The translations under genes were made by a program, and so were the position numbers. Of a stretch of DNA of 64,000 nt, positions 63,799-64,000 are shown in pieces. Each line of letters opens with the position of its first letter. The first letter of the stretch is position 1. The notes under the pieces are model-generated. The model was not told the DNA's origin. It did not search any database and saw only the letters and a list, made by a program, of their open reading frames with translations. This stretch comes from Chiloscyllium plagiosum. Its lineage: Eukaryota. The stretch is from assembly GCF_004010195.1 (NCBI RefSeq), contig NC_057749.1, forward strand, positions 23,167,246 to 23,231,245, written 5' to 3'.

Positions 63799-64000
63799 CC
63801 TTCCTTCCAGAGGATTGGATGTACATACAACATCCCATACCCCTTTCACAACTCCCAGAGTTTGAGGATTGCATCCTCACCCAAGCTTTCTGTAATGGCC
63901 TGGTCTGGATTGCTCTGACTCACTCCAGCCAAACCTGTCAATCTGGCTCAGTGTGTCAGGAGATCAGCTATCTCAAGTTTCTAACCACTGCTGTCAACTT

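Overview
Eukaryotic DNA, very likely from an elasmobranch (shark): the window is dense with HE1-type tRNA/V-domain SINEs and their partner CR1-clade (HER1-like) LINEs. Most of it is layered transposon debris: CR1, L2, Rex1/Babar, L1-Tx1, Penelope-like elements (PLEs), Gypsy remnants, solo LTRs, Tigger-like MITEs and Deu-domain SINEs. The one clear gene is an intact, intron-free ORF of about 5 kb on the minus strand (20328-25340). It encodes a full-length maestro HEAT-like repeat (MROH1-family) protein and sits in an island of about 6 kb with no recognisable transposons. It is probably a retrogene, and may lie antisense within an intron of an unidentified plus-strand gene whose candidate exons I can only weakly support. 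Three families of short Penelope-type inserts have inverted arms, 11-15 bp target-site duplications (TSDs) and minimal hammerhead-ribozyme cores. A 28S rRNA 3'-end copy is fused to an internally deleted CR1 inside a four-layer nested insertion. Also present: a four-tract TTAGGG repeat upstream of the MROH ORF, a 33-bp minisatellite, and a solo LTR inserted 3 nt upstream of a Kozak ATG. All family assignments come from recognising motifs by eye; no database searches were run.
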